DNA from: Epithemia pelagica
Lineage: Eukaryota > Protista > Bacillariophyta
Assembly (NCBI GenBank): GCA_946965045.2
Contig: OX337228.1
Location: 4,836,001 to 4,900,000, forward strand
Direction: 5' to 3'
DNA length: 64,000 nucleotides
The position numbers were made by a program, and so were the translations under genes. The notes under the pieces are model-generated. The model saw only the letters and a list, made by a program, of their open reading frames with translations, searched no databases and had not been told where the DNA came from. Positions 1-11,370 of the stretch are shown piece after piece; the first letter of the stretch is position 1; every line of letters begins with the position of its first letter.

Positions 1-2335
1 TTTTCGTTCTTGTCTCCTTGTTTCGTTTAACGATGGATGCGTGACGTGCGACGAGCTCCGCCTCGACAAGTTTCCGACTTTTGCTTTCTTTCGGCGTCTC
101 AACTGTGGAACGAACAACAGCCTCAAGATATGCCCCTCTCCGATTGTTTACTGCCGTCGTCTCCAGTAGATCTGATTTCATATTGTTTATCAGAGTCTCG
201 ACTGTTTCTGCCTCATCTGCCGCCGAAGTCTCATTTCTGTTCGGATCCCCGTCAGTGCGTAGCTCGCCGACAATTCGAGGTTGTTGAACTGGGTCGTGAG
301 AAACTTTAGTAGTACCCAAAGCCCTCGTTTGCGTTCCCTGATCAGGTACCATTTCAATCCTAGACAATCCCACAGATCGTAAGTGAAGATGAGCCCGTTC
401 CTCAGGGGATAATTCTGAGAGTTCAGCGGACACCCGAAAATCGTCATGGTTCTCCCCAACACCACGATCCTCTTCGTCCTCATTAGAAATTTCATCGCTC
501 CCATCATCCGAGCAGTTTTCCTCGTCAACAAGGAGATCCAACAAAGTATCGACGTATGAAGGAGGCGGTTCAGCACGGGCTTTTATTATGTGGTGATCGT
601 CCACAAGTGCTTTCCCCATTGTCCTGCTTGGTTTCGCTTGTCCCTCATTTTGCCAGTACAACAAACGAATATCCTCCAATCTCTCTCTAAGGACTTCATC
701 ATCGATTGTATCTTGGCAATAACCCATCTCCTCGAGCCACTTCCACATTCCTCCTGTGTGCGCCATCGGATACTGTGAATCCTCCGCAGCATCACGGGCA
801 CGTCTTTCACAGGCAAGAAATGACTGCCTCATCGTTTCTTTTTTCCTCAAGAAGTCGGATTCAAGAGACTGAGCTGTCTGTGCTATGAGATCAGCGACAG
901 CTTTCCGTCGTTTTGCTGGTCTTAACTGAGCGTATGAAACAGGTTGAGCAGTGAGTGCAGTAGCAGATACTTTTGTTTCCTCTGGAGTGGATTTTCTTTT
1001 CTTGGATGGCTTTGATGCTTTTTTTGGGTCAACTACTGGTATTGTTGCTTGTTTTGCTGGTATTGTTGCTTGAAGCTTTAATTTCGGTTCTTTAAAACCG
1101 GTACAGATGACTTTGACTTTGAATGTCGATCCACTCAAAGCCTCAAGAATCGATTTTCTAAAGTGGGGTTCCTGTTCATTACCTCCATCTTTTCTTTTTG
1201 ATTTGGGGGGTAAATAAACTTCCGCGAACTCTTCCTCTGTAAGGTTGTCGTGGCACCATCTCTCCATATTTGCAGCGTTTTGCTTGAGAAAGTCATGTTG
1301 TCTTCGAAGCAAGGCGCACACAGCCAAGAGATCTTGGGATAGTCTTGTTTTCTCCAAGGATTCTACCGTCTTTCGTGTCGTTGCAACACTCGTCCCGACC
1401 GTCTCGGCTTTATTTTGAGAGTTTGCGTCAGTCGACGATGCATTCGATGATTTTTCGTCTTTGGCTGCCTCAAGCATAAGTTGAACAATTGTCTCTGGTG
1501 GCTTCGCTTGCTGCACACCATTCGAAGAGCTGCTTGGAGAAGAAAGTTGGCTGATGAATGAAGTATGGACTCGGTCTAGTAGGGCGTATATTTTTCGATT
1601 CTTCAGCGTTACCTCCTGAGGTAAGGAAGGGAGGAAAGGATAGAACAACGTCTTGGAAGGTAGCAAGCCGCAGAACGTACTTTGATTCAATCCAGGGTGG
1701 GGTGGAACATGCGAAGACGACTGAGCTTTCGGTCCCGAAGAAGACGATGAAGCTTTGGTATGGGGACCAGAATCGGAAGATTTTGATGTTGTATTCTTGG
1801 CTCCAAGCTTCTTTAGTCGACCTCCCGTTTGACCAGCTAATCCAACACCCGCAGAAGAACCCTTTGCCATAGGTAAAGGCATTCCGGTTTTCGTCTTCGA
1901 CTTTTTGTTGGCTGAAGATACTGGGATTTTGGATTCATCTTGTGCCGATGCCGCCTTTTTTGGTCCGCGCTTCTTTGTTGCGGTCGTCGAGGTACGCTTT
2001 TTCTTCTTCACAGGTTCTTCTTCCACTGGCTCATCTTGTTCATCAAAGAACGAACGAGCAGTAGTTCTACGTTTTGTTTTGCGTCGCTTTGGCGCTTCGT
2101 CTCCGATGGTATCTGCAGGAGGTGGAGACGGAGCTTCTGCGGATGAACTCTTCGGTGGTTGTGCTTCACCTGACTGTTCGTTGCTGACTCCAGCGATATC
2201 GTCCATGTTTCCCAGATCTATGTCAAGCCCATCGAAAAGATCGTCTCCTCCATCAGCAAACATGTCATCCAGGTCGAGATTGTCCAAAGCCTGAACGCTG
2301 GCATTCGGTGCCCCGTTGCGGTTGGTTCTCGCCAT
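1..2335 (-). CDS. Hypothetical nuclear-type protein, partial (runs off the left edge), >=778 aa
   Basis: Manual translation from ATG at 2335 (MARTNRNGAPNASVQALDNLDLDDMF...) to the window edge shows no stop in the segments checked (~1-1860), and the 5' part reads through. It has an acidic N-terminus, basic clusters (PKRRKTKRR, KKKKR) and a helical core (LLAVCALLRRQHDFLKQNAANMERWC). Not in the ORF track because the stop lies outside the window; the short ORFs listed here are off-frame or antisense. Confidence 0.8.
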   Translation of the reverse strand, partial: MARTNRNGAPNASVQALDNLDLDDMFADGGDDLFDGLDIDLGNMDDIAGVSNEQSGEAQPPKSSSAEAPSPPPADTIGDEAPKRRKTKRRTTARSFFDEQDEPVEEEPVKKKKRTSTTATKKRGPKKAASAQDESKIPVSSANKKSKTKTGMPLPMAKGSSAGVGLAGQTGGRLKKLGAKNTTSKSSDSGPHTKASSSSSGPKAQSSSHVPPHPGLNQSTFCGLLPSKTLFYPFLPSLPQEVTLKNRKIYALLDRVHTSFISQLSSPSSSSNGVQQAKPPETIVQLMLEAAKDEKSSNASSTDANSQNKAETVGTSVATTRKTVESLEKTRLSQDLLAVCALLRRQHDFLKQNAANMERWCHDNLTEEEFAEVYLPPKSKRKDGGNEQEPHFRKSILEALSGSTFKVKVICTGFKEPKLKLQATIPAKQATIPVVDPKKASKPSKKRKSTPEETKVSATALTAQPVSYAQLRPAKRRKAVADLIAQTAQSLESDFLRKKETMRQSFLACERRARDAAEDSQYPMAHTGGMWKWLEEMGYCQDTIDDEVLRERLEDIRLLYWQNEGQAKPSRTMGKALVDDHHIIKARAEPPPSYVDTLLDLLVDEENCSDDGSDEISNEDEEDRGVGENHDDFRVSAELSELSPEERAHLHLRSVGLSRIEMVPDQGTQTRALGTTKVSHDPVQQPRIVGELRTDGDPNRNETSAADEAETVETLINNMKSDLLETTAVNNRRGAYLEAVVRSTVETPKESKSRKLVEAELVARHASIVKRNKETRTK

Positions 2336-2838
2336 GGTGAGATCGAACCGCTCTAACGAGAATGCCTTGCTACAAATCAATATTTTCGACCTGCTCCTCT
2401 AAAGTCCAGTCTCTGAAAGACCCCTGAGCGTGACTTGGTGGGACGAACAATAGAAACCAGACTTCCTTTACTCTTCAACAAGCCAAAAGAACGGACATCA
2501 CAAACTTCGCCATGGTCCGGTCCTTCTCCATTAGAGTTGGTGATACAGTCCCTCCGACGACTTAGCGTGGTCAGTGAATCCATGTTTGTTCGTTCCGACG
2601 CGACCGAAACATGGACGTCTAAGAACAAAGTGGCGCGACTGCGTCGCCTCAAGTGGCAACACCTTTAGCAGATTGAGTCCTTCTTTCCTTCTCACAAACA
2701 GAGACGGATGAACTTCCAATTACGCTCAGGATGACTATATGTTCTTTCGTGAGAAAAAGGACTCGACCAATCGTGCTCGTATTCTCATCTCTCGCCATTG
2801 ACGTCAAACAAAAAGAAAGCAGTCAAAGAAAGAACAAA

Positions 2839-3537
2839 ATGTGCTGTCTGTTTGGCCTTTGTTGCAATGGCAATGAAGCAGATGACGATGATACTTTGAA
2901 TGAGACCGACAGTCGCAATGCTGTAGGACCTGTGAGAATGGCACGAAATGAGGACTCCTCTGAAGCGTTTCACGTTCACGCTGCGGGGGCCGCTACAATG
3001 CATGTCGGTGATGAAGATGAAGCCCGAGAAGGCGACGGCCTATGTTGTCGTCTTAGTCCTGGTGAAAACAACCCGGAGAGAAGGATTCATGGTTTTTTGA
3101 GAAAACTTCATGAGAGCTGGAGAAAGTATGACAGCCTTGAAACGAACGACGAGCATACCGCGACGGAGACCTTGAGCTTCCATATGCGTTCTGGAAAACA
3201 CGACGTTGAAGGTTCCATGTCTTCTCCTCTTCACACAGCCTCGGAATTTGACTTGACGAAACAAGTTGTTCCTACCATAAGACCAAAAGAGGTCGTTCTG
3301 CCAGGATCATCCCTGCAGAAAGAAATGTCCGAGGCCATGTCGGTGAACATCGAAGAACAGGGGGATGAATGCGTAATCTGTATGGAAGGATTCGACGAGA
3401 CGAATCCAAGAATGCCGACTGTATGCGGCTGTGGTGAAAATAAGACATACTTCCATCTACCTTGTCTCTACCAGTGGATCGAACAGAGTCAAACATGCCC
3501 GAGCTGTCGGCAAACTTTGCGCTGGGAGGAATTCTAA
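2839..3537 (+). CDS. RING-variant (C4HC3-spaced) E3 ubiquitin ligase-like protein
   Basis: C-terminal CVIC-x14-CGC-x7-H-LP-C-x10-CPSC. Likely start is MCCLFGLCC at 2839, in frame with track ORF 2731..3537. Confidence 0.85.
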   Translation: MCCLFGLCCNGNEADDDDTLNETDSRNAVGPVRMARNEDSSEAFHVHAAGAATMHVGDEDEAREGDGLCCRLSPGENNPERRIHGFLRKLHESWRKYDSLETNDEHTATETLSFHMRSGKHDVEGSMSSPLHTASEFDLTKQVVPTIRPKEVVLPGSSLQKEMSEAMSVNIEEQGDECVICMEGFDETNPRMPTVCGCGENKTYFHLPCLYQWIEQSQTCPSCRQTLRWEEF

Positions 3538-3685
3538 ACGCTTTTGAACATAAAACTTTTGGTACTGTTCGTTCACGCTCGTTCACATAGGATATCTTAC
3601 TTTCTGCTAGAGTGATTGATGCATTCGATCTCTTAACACAGAAATGAGAGCACAGCGGTCATAATCGCCAGAGAGCCATGCTGTT

Positions 3686-4711
3686 TTATTTAGTTGACGA
3701 GAATCCAAAGAAGTTCTCTGATATCACTTCATCTCGTGGATACCTTCTTAGGATGGAAGTTTCTCGTCGATCCTTTGTAAGCGCTTTGCCCGTGCTTACC
3801 AAGAGTGGTACTGCATATCGACTTTGTGGTACTTTTAAGACTTTCCGAATACCACTGGCGTTGATACCCTCCATTGGAATCGTTGCCAAACCAGACGCCG
3901 AACATGCTAGCATGTACGTCATTGCTACCATTGCGACTTGTTTGGAAGCCCATGTTTCGGAGCTCGATAGAGATGGGAATTCACACTTCCCAACAATTCT
4001 TCGGAGGAAATAGTCGATTGTACCAACGGCAACACGCAGCAAGAACGAAATAGCTGATGATAGGAACCGGGGTATGGGATAGCCCGAGGAAAATACAGAA
4101 AGGTATAACATGTCAATTTTTCGAAGCGGACGATTGTGGGGGTCAGCTGCCTGTGAAAATTCGGCCAACCGACGTATCGTCTTGAGAATTTGCCGATCCG
4201 CGAGAAAGACAGCAGTACAATCCGAATCCAGAACGCGCTGTCGATTAGGACCCAAACAGAACCGGGACAAAGCCAACTTCTGATCCGTAGAATGAACCAG
4301 AACAATGCGGTAAGGCTGTGTATTGAAGGCGGATGGTGACAACCGTGCCAGATCCAATGCATGCCGCGCCGTCTGAACGACAGCAGGATCGGATACCGAT
4401 GCTACCTTGGAATCCGACTCGGTTCCATCCGCTCGCTGGAATTTCTTGCACGCATAACGATTCAAGACAGAGACTTCAAAAGCCTTTGTATGGTCGCTCG
4501 CGATTTCTGTCAGATTGCTAGCTTGTCCCTTTCCAGGAGTTTCTCTTTGATCAGTTTGAGTGCAATGTACAGAGGGGCAACGAAAAGGCATGAAACGTGA
4601 TGCAACTATGGGATTCCTCAGAGGCTGAGAAGACCAGCAAGCCCCATCTTGTAGTTTGACCAGTAGCGTCAGGACAACAAAAGAAGCATGTTTAGTACGA
4701 AGCATCATCAT
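3686..4711 (-). CDS. Nitroreductase-family flavoprotein, probably plastid-targeted
   Basis: Motifs ARLSPSAFNTQPYRIVLV and YMLACSASGLATIPMEGIN...VPLLVSTG. Likely start MMMLRTKH at 4711 is followed by a hydrophobic signal peptide and GAC|W cleavage (ASAFAP-type, W at +1). Confidence 0.85.
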   Translation of the reverse strand: MMMLRTKHASFVVLTLLVKLQDGACWSSQPLRNPIVASRFMPFRCPSVHCTQTDQRETPGKGQASNLTEIASDHTKAFEVSVLNRYACKKFQRADGTESDSKVASVSDPAVVQTARHALDLARLSPSAFNTQPYRIVLVHSTDQKLALSRFCLGPNRQRVLDSDCTAVFLADRQILKTIRRLAEFSQAADPHNRPLRKIDMLYLSVFSSGYPIPRFLSSAISFLLRVAVGTIDYFLRRIVGKCEFPSLSSSETWASKQVAMVAMTYMLACSASGLATIPMEGINASGIRKVLKVPQSRYAVPLLVSTGKALTKDRRETSILRRYPRDEVISENFFGFSSTK

Positions 4712-4946
4712 CCAGAACCTGATGGATGCAGAGATGGATGATGAATGCAAAAAAATCTTTTTCGGGAAGATACTATATCTGAAACGCGACCATAATCGCG
4801 ACCGACCTAAAAAGCGAAAGATCTCCTCCTCCGACAACAAATCGCTGAGGAGACCACCCAATTGTCAGTGTCGGTGTTGCTATCATCTGGATCAGGATCA
4901 CCAAAACACTCCATTTGCTTCCCTTTGTTTGATATTGAGAGGCATA

Positions 4947-5799
4947 ATGTTAAAGTTTGGGTCAAATGTCGTGGGAAAACATCGGCATTTTCGCCTTCTC
5001 TTTTCTCCACATCTTCAGCCAATAAGAAGAGCAGTCGCGTCGGCAACGTGGGTGCTTCGAGACAAACGCACAATCAACGTTCCTACCATGGGTGATGCAA
5101 TCACAGAGGTACGTTGCAGTGATAAGCCACTTTAGTATAAGGTTCCTCGCTGACGGCTCGCGTATTCCTATTCTCTTCACCTCAACTGCTACCGGCAGGG
5201 CACTGTCATTGAGTGGGCTGTCCAACCCGGCCAAGCAATTCATGTGGATGATGTTGTCGCCATGGTAGAGACAGATAAGGTCACTGTGGAAATCAAAGCC
5301 GAGGTAGACGGAGTACTTACTCGCCAGTACTGTAATGTGTGAGTCATACTCTGGACATGTTCGTCCTTATTCGCAATTGTTGTCTCATCAAGAGTTGTTT
5401 ATTTCATTAATGTCGCTCAAAAGTGACGAAACAATCGAAGTCGGCAAACCGCTGTATGAAATCGACACAGAAGCTTCTGCTACCATTGAGTCATCCGATA
5501 CAAATGGGCCAGAAAATCCTCCTGAAGCTCTCGCTCCAACTGCTACGACTACGACTAGCGAAACACTAGGAGTCACTAAGTCTGAGATCAAAAACGAGAG
5601 TTATCATCGCACACCTATGATAAAGTTTCTGGGGAAAGAAGGCTGGGCCCTTAAGCTTTCGGGGAGTGAACAAGCGGTGGAAAGCTTCGTAATTCCGCCG
5701 ATGTATGGAAGACCAGCTTTCTCCGAAGAGGAAATGGAAGCACTGCTATTAGGAGGTGCAAGTCTTGAAGTTCCCGGGTATGCTTCTGTGTCCAAGTAA
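4947..5799 (+). CDS. Mitochondrial lipoyl-domain + KGD4/MRPS36-like protein (3 exons: 4947-5108, 5199-5338, 5424-5799; ~225 aa)
   Basis: R-rich presequence MLKFGSNVVGKHRHFRLL. Splicing (GTACGT..CAG, GTGAGT..AAG) gives INVPTMGDAITEGTVIEW...VETDKVTVEIKAEVDGVL...VEVG-like (IEVGKPLYEID) lipoyl domain. This is followed by a T/A/P linker, HRTPMIKFLGK and PPMYGRPAFSEEEMEALLLGGA. Confidence 0.85.
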
Positions 5800-6590
5800 G
5801 CATTGATTGACATCGGAATCTCCTACGCCTCTCTACGTTGATGTCTAGAAAAATGGAGTAGTAGGCCACTAGTCTAGAGGCTAGAGGTAGGTATAGTAGG
5901 TAGTTCTATCCGTATCGGAGAAGCGGGCGGCATCTGGGAATGTGGGTGTCAAGGCGTGCGCAGAACGTCGGCGCACGCGCCTCGTGCACTACTCCCCCAG
6001 AGTGATAGATCGTACAAAGACATTAAAATTTTGTGAGTATCTCGATGACTTCAACCTCATCTGGACGAATAGTTAGAAGAAAGACCAACATGAGATGAAT
6101 ATATAGTGTAGAGTTTTGTTGTGTATAATCTGTTCCGTTCATCATCGTTGTTGAGTCTTGGTCCTGATTTCATGGTTACTTAGACTGTTGTTAAGGATGG
6201 TTGTAGGTTTGTTATCGCCTATCAGCCGATGCAACGCACCTTCATGGTTAAGTATCCGTGCTAGTGTTTTATTACAACGAAGCACCGCTCGCCATCTCAC
6301 AATTTGGATTATTCAACGGCCCGATGTTGGACGCTAAATGCTCGCTTTCCAGACCTAACAGATCAATTCATGCCATCGGTCAAATTCCCACGTTCATGGC
6401 AGTGAAAGCGCACACATCTTTCGAACAACACCCGGTGCTCCATCATAATTTGCATCTATCTTTTGCAACTAGGACGACACAACCACGGAGTCCAGAGAGA
6501 TACATGCCTTGTTGTTAAGTCTAATTCATTTGGCTGGCGCCTTCTGGTTGGAGGAAGCATTGTAAATCTCCTGCGGGGTCGATTGTTAGC

Positions 6591-9500
6591 ATGGCGGAGT
6601 TTCACAACAAGTATGCCTCTCATAGATCAGGGATCAAGCATCCCATGAAGGCACCGCGGACTGAAGAAAGTCGTCAAACGTTTGATGACCGGAACGGACC
6701 TGGAAGAATCATCATTCGGGCCGCAACGGAAGAATCAGATGAACTTGAGCGGCATGAGTCCCGGATGAAGCACAACTCCATGCTTCCACCGTCTTTTCCA
6801 CGACGTTACCCAACCAAGCCGGACGGTTATGCGTCATACCATGGCTCTAGTTCTCGACAAGTACATCAGCCTCCATCTCCCGGACAATATCGCCCATCAT
6901 CAGGACAGCATCATTCAGCTCACTCCATCGTTACAAGCTCTTTCAGTGTAGAGGATGGATCGTACGCCCACGAGCGGGGCATGTCTCACGCAGAGCGACG
7001 ACATGATGGTTCGCCTCGAAAGTTCGAACGATGCAACTCAGACTCGATTGACCAGCGCGAGCCACCTCCTCATTTCGTTGTAACGACGTCGTCGTATGAC
7101 CGTCCTGATCAAAGACCTACTCTTAGAGGCGCGTTCTCATCACTTTCACGATCGTTTTCGTCTGGATCTGACTTCTATCACCCGCCGGTCAAACGAAGCT
7201 TCTTTCATCACGCCAAATCAAACGATCAAAGCCCCAGTCATGTCCCGCCCGAGTTTGTCCCTCCCAAACGCAGCAAAGTTAACGCTCCTGCCAGGAAGGA
7301 AGTGACGTTGAAACCTAGTAGACATCATCAAAATGGTCAACCAAGCCATGGGACTTGGTACCAACGTGGAAATTCCTGGGATTCTCGAGAGGATGAACCA
7401 TCACATGATCATGCTGCTTCGACAAACGATTTCAATGCATCAGCCCCGGTGAACCTATGGTATAGGCATCCAACAACTGTCGGATCGAACAGTCATGGAC
7501 CTCCAGTAATTCACAGGCCCGCAGCTCGCCTCCCCCCAATCAATACTTCCCATCCCGCGTACACTCGTTCCCACGACAGTCATGAAAACTCTGCTACATT
7601 CTGGAACCAGAGCCCACCTTCAAGTTGGCCGGGGCACTATCCATCCACTCATCATGAATCTCAGCATTTCTGGAGTCCCAATAGCTCTTTTGCATGGCAG
7701 CAACACCGAGACGACACTGATTCATCCAGAGCCGGCCTTGATGCAAGGGAGGGCTATCGTGCTGGCCCAGATGGTCGTGAGGGATACGATGCTCCCTCGA
7801 CAATCAGTGACAGAATGCTTCCCAACCGAGATCAAATTTTCCGCTCACCCAGTATGATAATGAGTAATCACGGAATATCTGGGAAAATGGACATTATCGC
7901 GGAGTCTTCGTCATTCGCAGACAGCTCTCAAAATTCGTCTCACAAGAAGATTGAAGCCGAAGGCAAACCTGTACTGCTTCTCGCCCTGCCTCAAGACAGG
8001 GTCGCATTGAGCGAAACACTCTGCGTAGTGAGAGACGTAAGTGTGAAATGATTCAGACATTTGCTTCTCGGAATAAAACCGCCCTAACACGTTTTCAAAC
8101 AGAATATCGAAGTTTTTACCGCCACACAGGCCGACGTGGATGCTCCTGCTCCAGGTCGGAAGCATGCTGTAGTCGTGGGACAAGTTGGTTTGAGATGCAT
8201 CCACTGTCGCCACACGACACGAGCCAGTGATAGAGTCAAACGTGCGGTTTGCTATCCATCCTCAATAAAGCGGATTTATCGCACTGTGATTGACATGAAG
8301 TTAGACCATTTCTCTCAATGCAAATTCGTTCCGAAACAACTGACGGAGAGATTGAATGAGCTTAAAGCTGTACACACAAGAAGCACTGGCACAACCATGC
8401 AGTACTTTATCAAAGCTGCTCACATGCTTGGAATGGAAGATGGTGCTTCGGGTGTTGTTCTCAACATGTCGAAGAAAGAAGACCTTGGTAGTCCTATCAC
8501 AACCAAAGTTATATCGAACAATACGAAAAAGAAAGCTACGACCAGTACCCAGAGGACAGAATCGTTCTCGGGGGACTCGGCATCATCTGCAGCGATAGAC
8601 AACATGTCCACTCAGCGACATGACTCAATGAACTCAGCCGGTAGTTTCGATAGCAATATGGCATCTTCTGAGCCTTTCGATGTATCAGGAAAATACTTCG
8701 AAGGCAAAATCCCGCTGGCACTCCCAGAGGACAAGACAGCTCTCAGTCCGTTGCGGTGTTTTCTACGCGAGCAAGTATGTGCTTTTTCTGCAACAGAAGA
8801 GGATATTGCGGTTCGAGCGCCCACGACATTCTCCATCACTGTTGGACAGGTCGGAATCGGCTGTATTCACTGTGTGAAACAGTCACCCAAGTTTCGGTCT
8901 AACCGAGCCGTCTGCTTTCCATTTTCGATTGGACGAATCTACCAATCTGTCGCGGACATTCAGAGATTTCATCTTGGGGAATGCAAAATGCTGCCCCCGG
9001 ATATTAAGGCGAAGTTCACGAAGTTGCAGAGTGCAAGTTCAAAAGGCTCGAAAGGCCTGGCGACGAGGCAGTATTGGGTGGCCTCTGCTCGCAAACTTGG
9101 ACTTGTTGATACGCAACGAGGAATTCGGTTTGGTAGAGACCCCGCCGAGCCTCAACAAACAAAATCCTTTTCGCTTGACATTTTGGCTCAGGCGGCGTTC
9201 AGCGTGACAACAACGAACAAGAAACTGGTCCTTCCGGAAGACAAGGATACAATCGCGGAATTTTTGTATGTTGTCATGGAACAACTCCAACCATGTCGTT
9301 TTACAGAAGCGGATCGTAACAAGCGACGGGTCCGTGACGTCGGTTGCATCGGTGTTGAATGCAAGCACTGTGCCGGTCAGGTAGATGGCCGGAAGTTCTT
9401 CTGGTCAAGTGTGAGTGCGGTCGAGTCAAACTTTGTTTCTGTTCACACACATATCCTTGAATGCCGTCATGTTCCGCAAGAGTTGAAGGATAAGCTAATG

Positions 9501-9860
9501 GAGCTTAAAAAGCTTCGAAAGGAGCAGACGGCCCAACTCATGACCGGTTCGCAAAAAGCCTTCTTCCGACGCGTATGGGAACGCCTTCATCGAGAAGAAA
9601 TTGTGACTCCAGAATCCCCTGGCTCGAGTGGATCAACGGATGATGGGAAAATGAAAAAAGATTTAATTGACGAACACGAAGTTGCAGCACACTTTCAACA
9701 AACCTCGATCAATAATGAGGAAGATGCATCTGTTGCAATCGATGACGAAAAGGCTTTGGCTGAACCAAAGTCAGATGACATGGGTGAACCCATGCAAGAG
9801 GAAGCAAAAATATACCACGACAGCAGTGATGAGGAGGTGGTCGAGACAATGCAAGTTTAG
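6591..9860 (+). CDS. Protein with long disordered S/H/P-rich N-terminus and three CxxC...HxxxC domains (exons 6591-8036, 8103-9860; ~1067 aa)
   Basis: Intron 8037-8102 (GTAAGT..CAG) joins track ORFs 6591..8051 and 8136..9860 in frame, restoring LCVVRD|NIEVFTAT. Three repeats start L(A/V)LP(Q/E)D and contain G(Q/C)(V/I)G(L/I/V)xCxHC. Confidence 0.85.
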
Positions 9861-10002
9861 TTCAATGATATGGTAGGAGGGGAGAGAGAATGAAGGGGGG
9901 AATATTATAATGGCAACAAGCGACATTAAGAATCTACATCCATTCTATTTTTCATTGTATACCAGACATAGCAGCCGTTAGTGGGTTGAACAATGTGTGC
10001 TG

Positions 10003-11370
10003 TCACACATCAACCAATTTAGGCTTGAACATCCTCTCAGTTGGACGATGATCGACAATGGAACAGCCAAATGCTACACCATTTGCGTTTTGTGCATCAA
10101 TTTGATCTCGGTCGAATCCTTGCGGTGGGATTGGATATGATCTCCAGAAGAATCGATGGTCCCCACTGTCATTCTTACCTTCCGCTTGTGATGTTGATAC
10201 ATCAGCGAAAGCCGAAGAGGGATCAGCGTTAATGGTGCTACGATTCGACTCTTCTTGGCGTTCAATCTTTGAAATGACAGAGAACCGTTCAAGAGACACC
10301 TTCGAACTTGAAAGACTTTCAAATTTGCTAATGAGATCTTGCAACTTTTTTGAGTTGCCTTGTGATGTCGATAGTGGTGTTTCCGCTTTCTCTCCGTCGC
10401 CTCTCTTTTGTTCAGACTTGATTGTTTCTCGAAACCTTCTCATTCGAGTTACTAGAGGTTCACCAGCTTGGTGGAGCACGTGTTGATCAGGGCGAGTAGC
10501 TACAAAATCGCTAAAAGAATCAAACGAAAGCTCCGACACGACTGTACGGTCGCAATCGGGCTTCTTTGGAATGGTTATCGCCGTAAACTGTCCCATGTTT
10601 GTCTCATCCGAAGCAAAGATAAAGTCGCCCGAGACTGATAAACCTGCATCTCTTGAAGCGGGTGGGTCGGGTTTCGTGGGTTCTAAGACGTCTCCATGTT
10701 GTGTTAGCGCATCCACGCTAGGTCCAGGAACAGAGAATGGCCGCATCGTTCGTTTTGAGTCGAGTGGTTGTTTGACATATAAAGCATCTGTGGAGAGAAG
10801 ATTAACCTGGTTTTGAACTTCACACGCGGGATAATCCACAAGATCGATTGAGGTGACCAGCATATTTGACGATTCCTCGGACCTGGCCGTTGTATACGTC
10901 GCCGGTGAGTGGCATTCCGGAAATACTTTTTCGTGCTCTTCGTCGGAATCCTGGTCCTCGTCCCATTCGGTTCCCTCTTCTACGACCTTGAGCGAACCCG
11001 TTGTATTGAACAACTCACTGGCAAGATCATGTTCGCTATCTAGTGTCCCTTCGTGAAAGAGGAGCCGCACGTCATTGGCGCCCACTGCTTCATTCGAGTC
11101 GTTTTCGTCGACGACTACATAATACTTTGCTTGAGAAGAGTCACTAGCAACATCGACGCTTTCGTCCTTCAGGCTCCCGGAACTTCGAAGTTCGCGCAGA
11201 GCTGCGAGCGGAGAGAGACATCTCAGGACCTCGAGTGACCTAGCCAGGCGACCTTTCTCATTCGCTTCGACCAAGTATGCTTCCATGGAGAAAATTCCTT
11301 CTTCCTCGTCAACTTGACACGCCAAGGCCTTGTCCTTTCGGGCATTCACACCTCCAAACACTTTCGGCAT
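10003..11370 (-). CDS. Hypothetical acidic, largely low-complexity protein; 5' exon structure uncertain
   Basis: 455-aa ORF with protein-like composition and no recognised domain. A possible acceptor AG lies just before the ATG, and ORF 11385..11795 may hold upstream exon(s). Confidence 0.6.
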   Translation of the reverse strand: MPKVFGGVNARKDKALACQVDEEEGIFSMEAYLVEANEKGRLARSLEVLRCLSPLAALRELRSSGSLKDESVDVASDSSQAKYYVVVDENDSNEAVGANDVRLLFHEGTLDSEHDLASELFNTTGSLKVVEEGTEWDEDQDSDEEHEKVFPECHSPATYTTARSEESSNMLVTSIDLVDYPACEVQNQVNLLSTDALYVKQPLDSKRTMRPFSVPGPSVDALTQHGDVLEPTKPDPPASRDAGLSVSGDFIFASDETNMGQFTAITIPKKPDCDRTVVSELSFDSFSDFVATRPDQHVLHQAGEPLVTRMRRFRETIKSEQKRGDGEKAETPLSTSQGNSKKLQDLISKFESLSSSKVSLERFSVISKIERQEESNRSTINADPSSAFADVSTSQAEGKNDSGDHRFFWRSYPIPPQGFDRDQIDAQNANGVAFGCSIVDHRPTERMFKPKLVDV

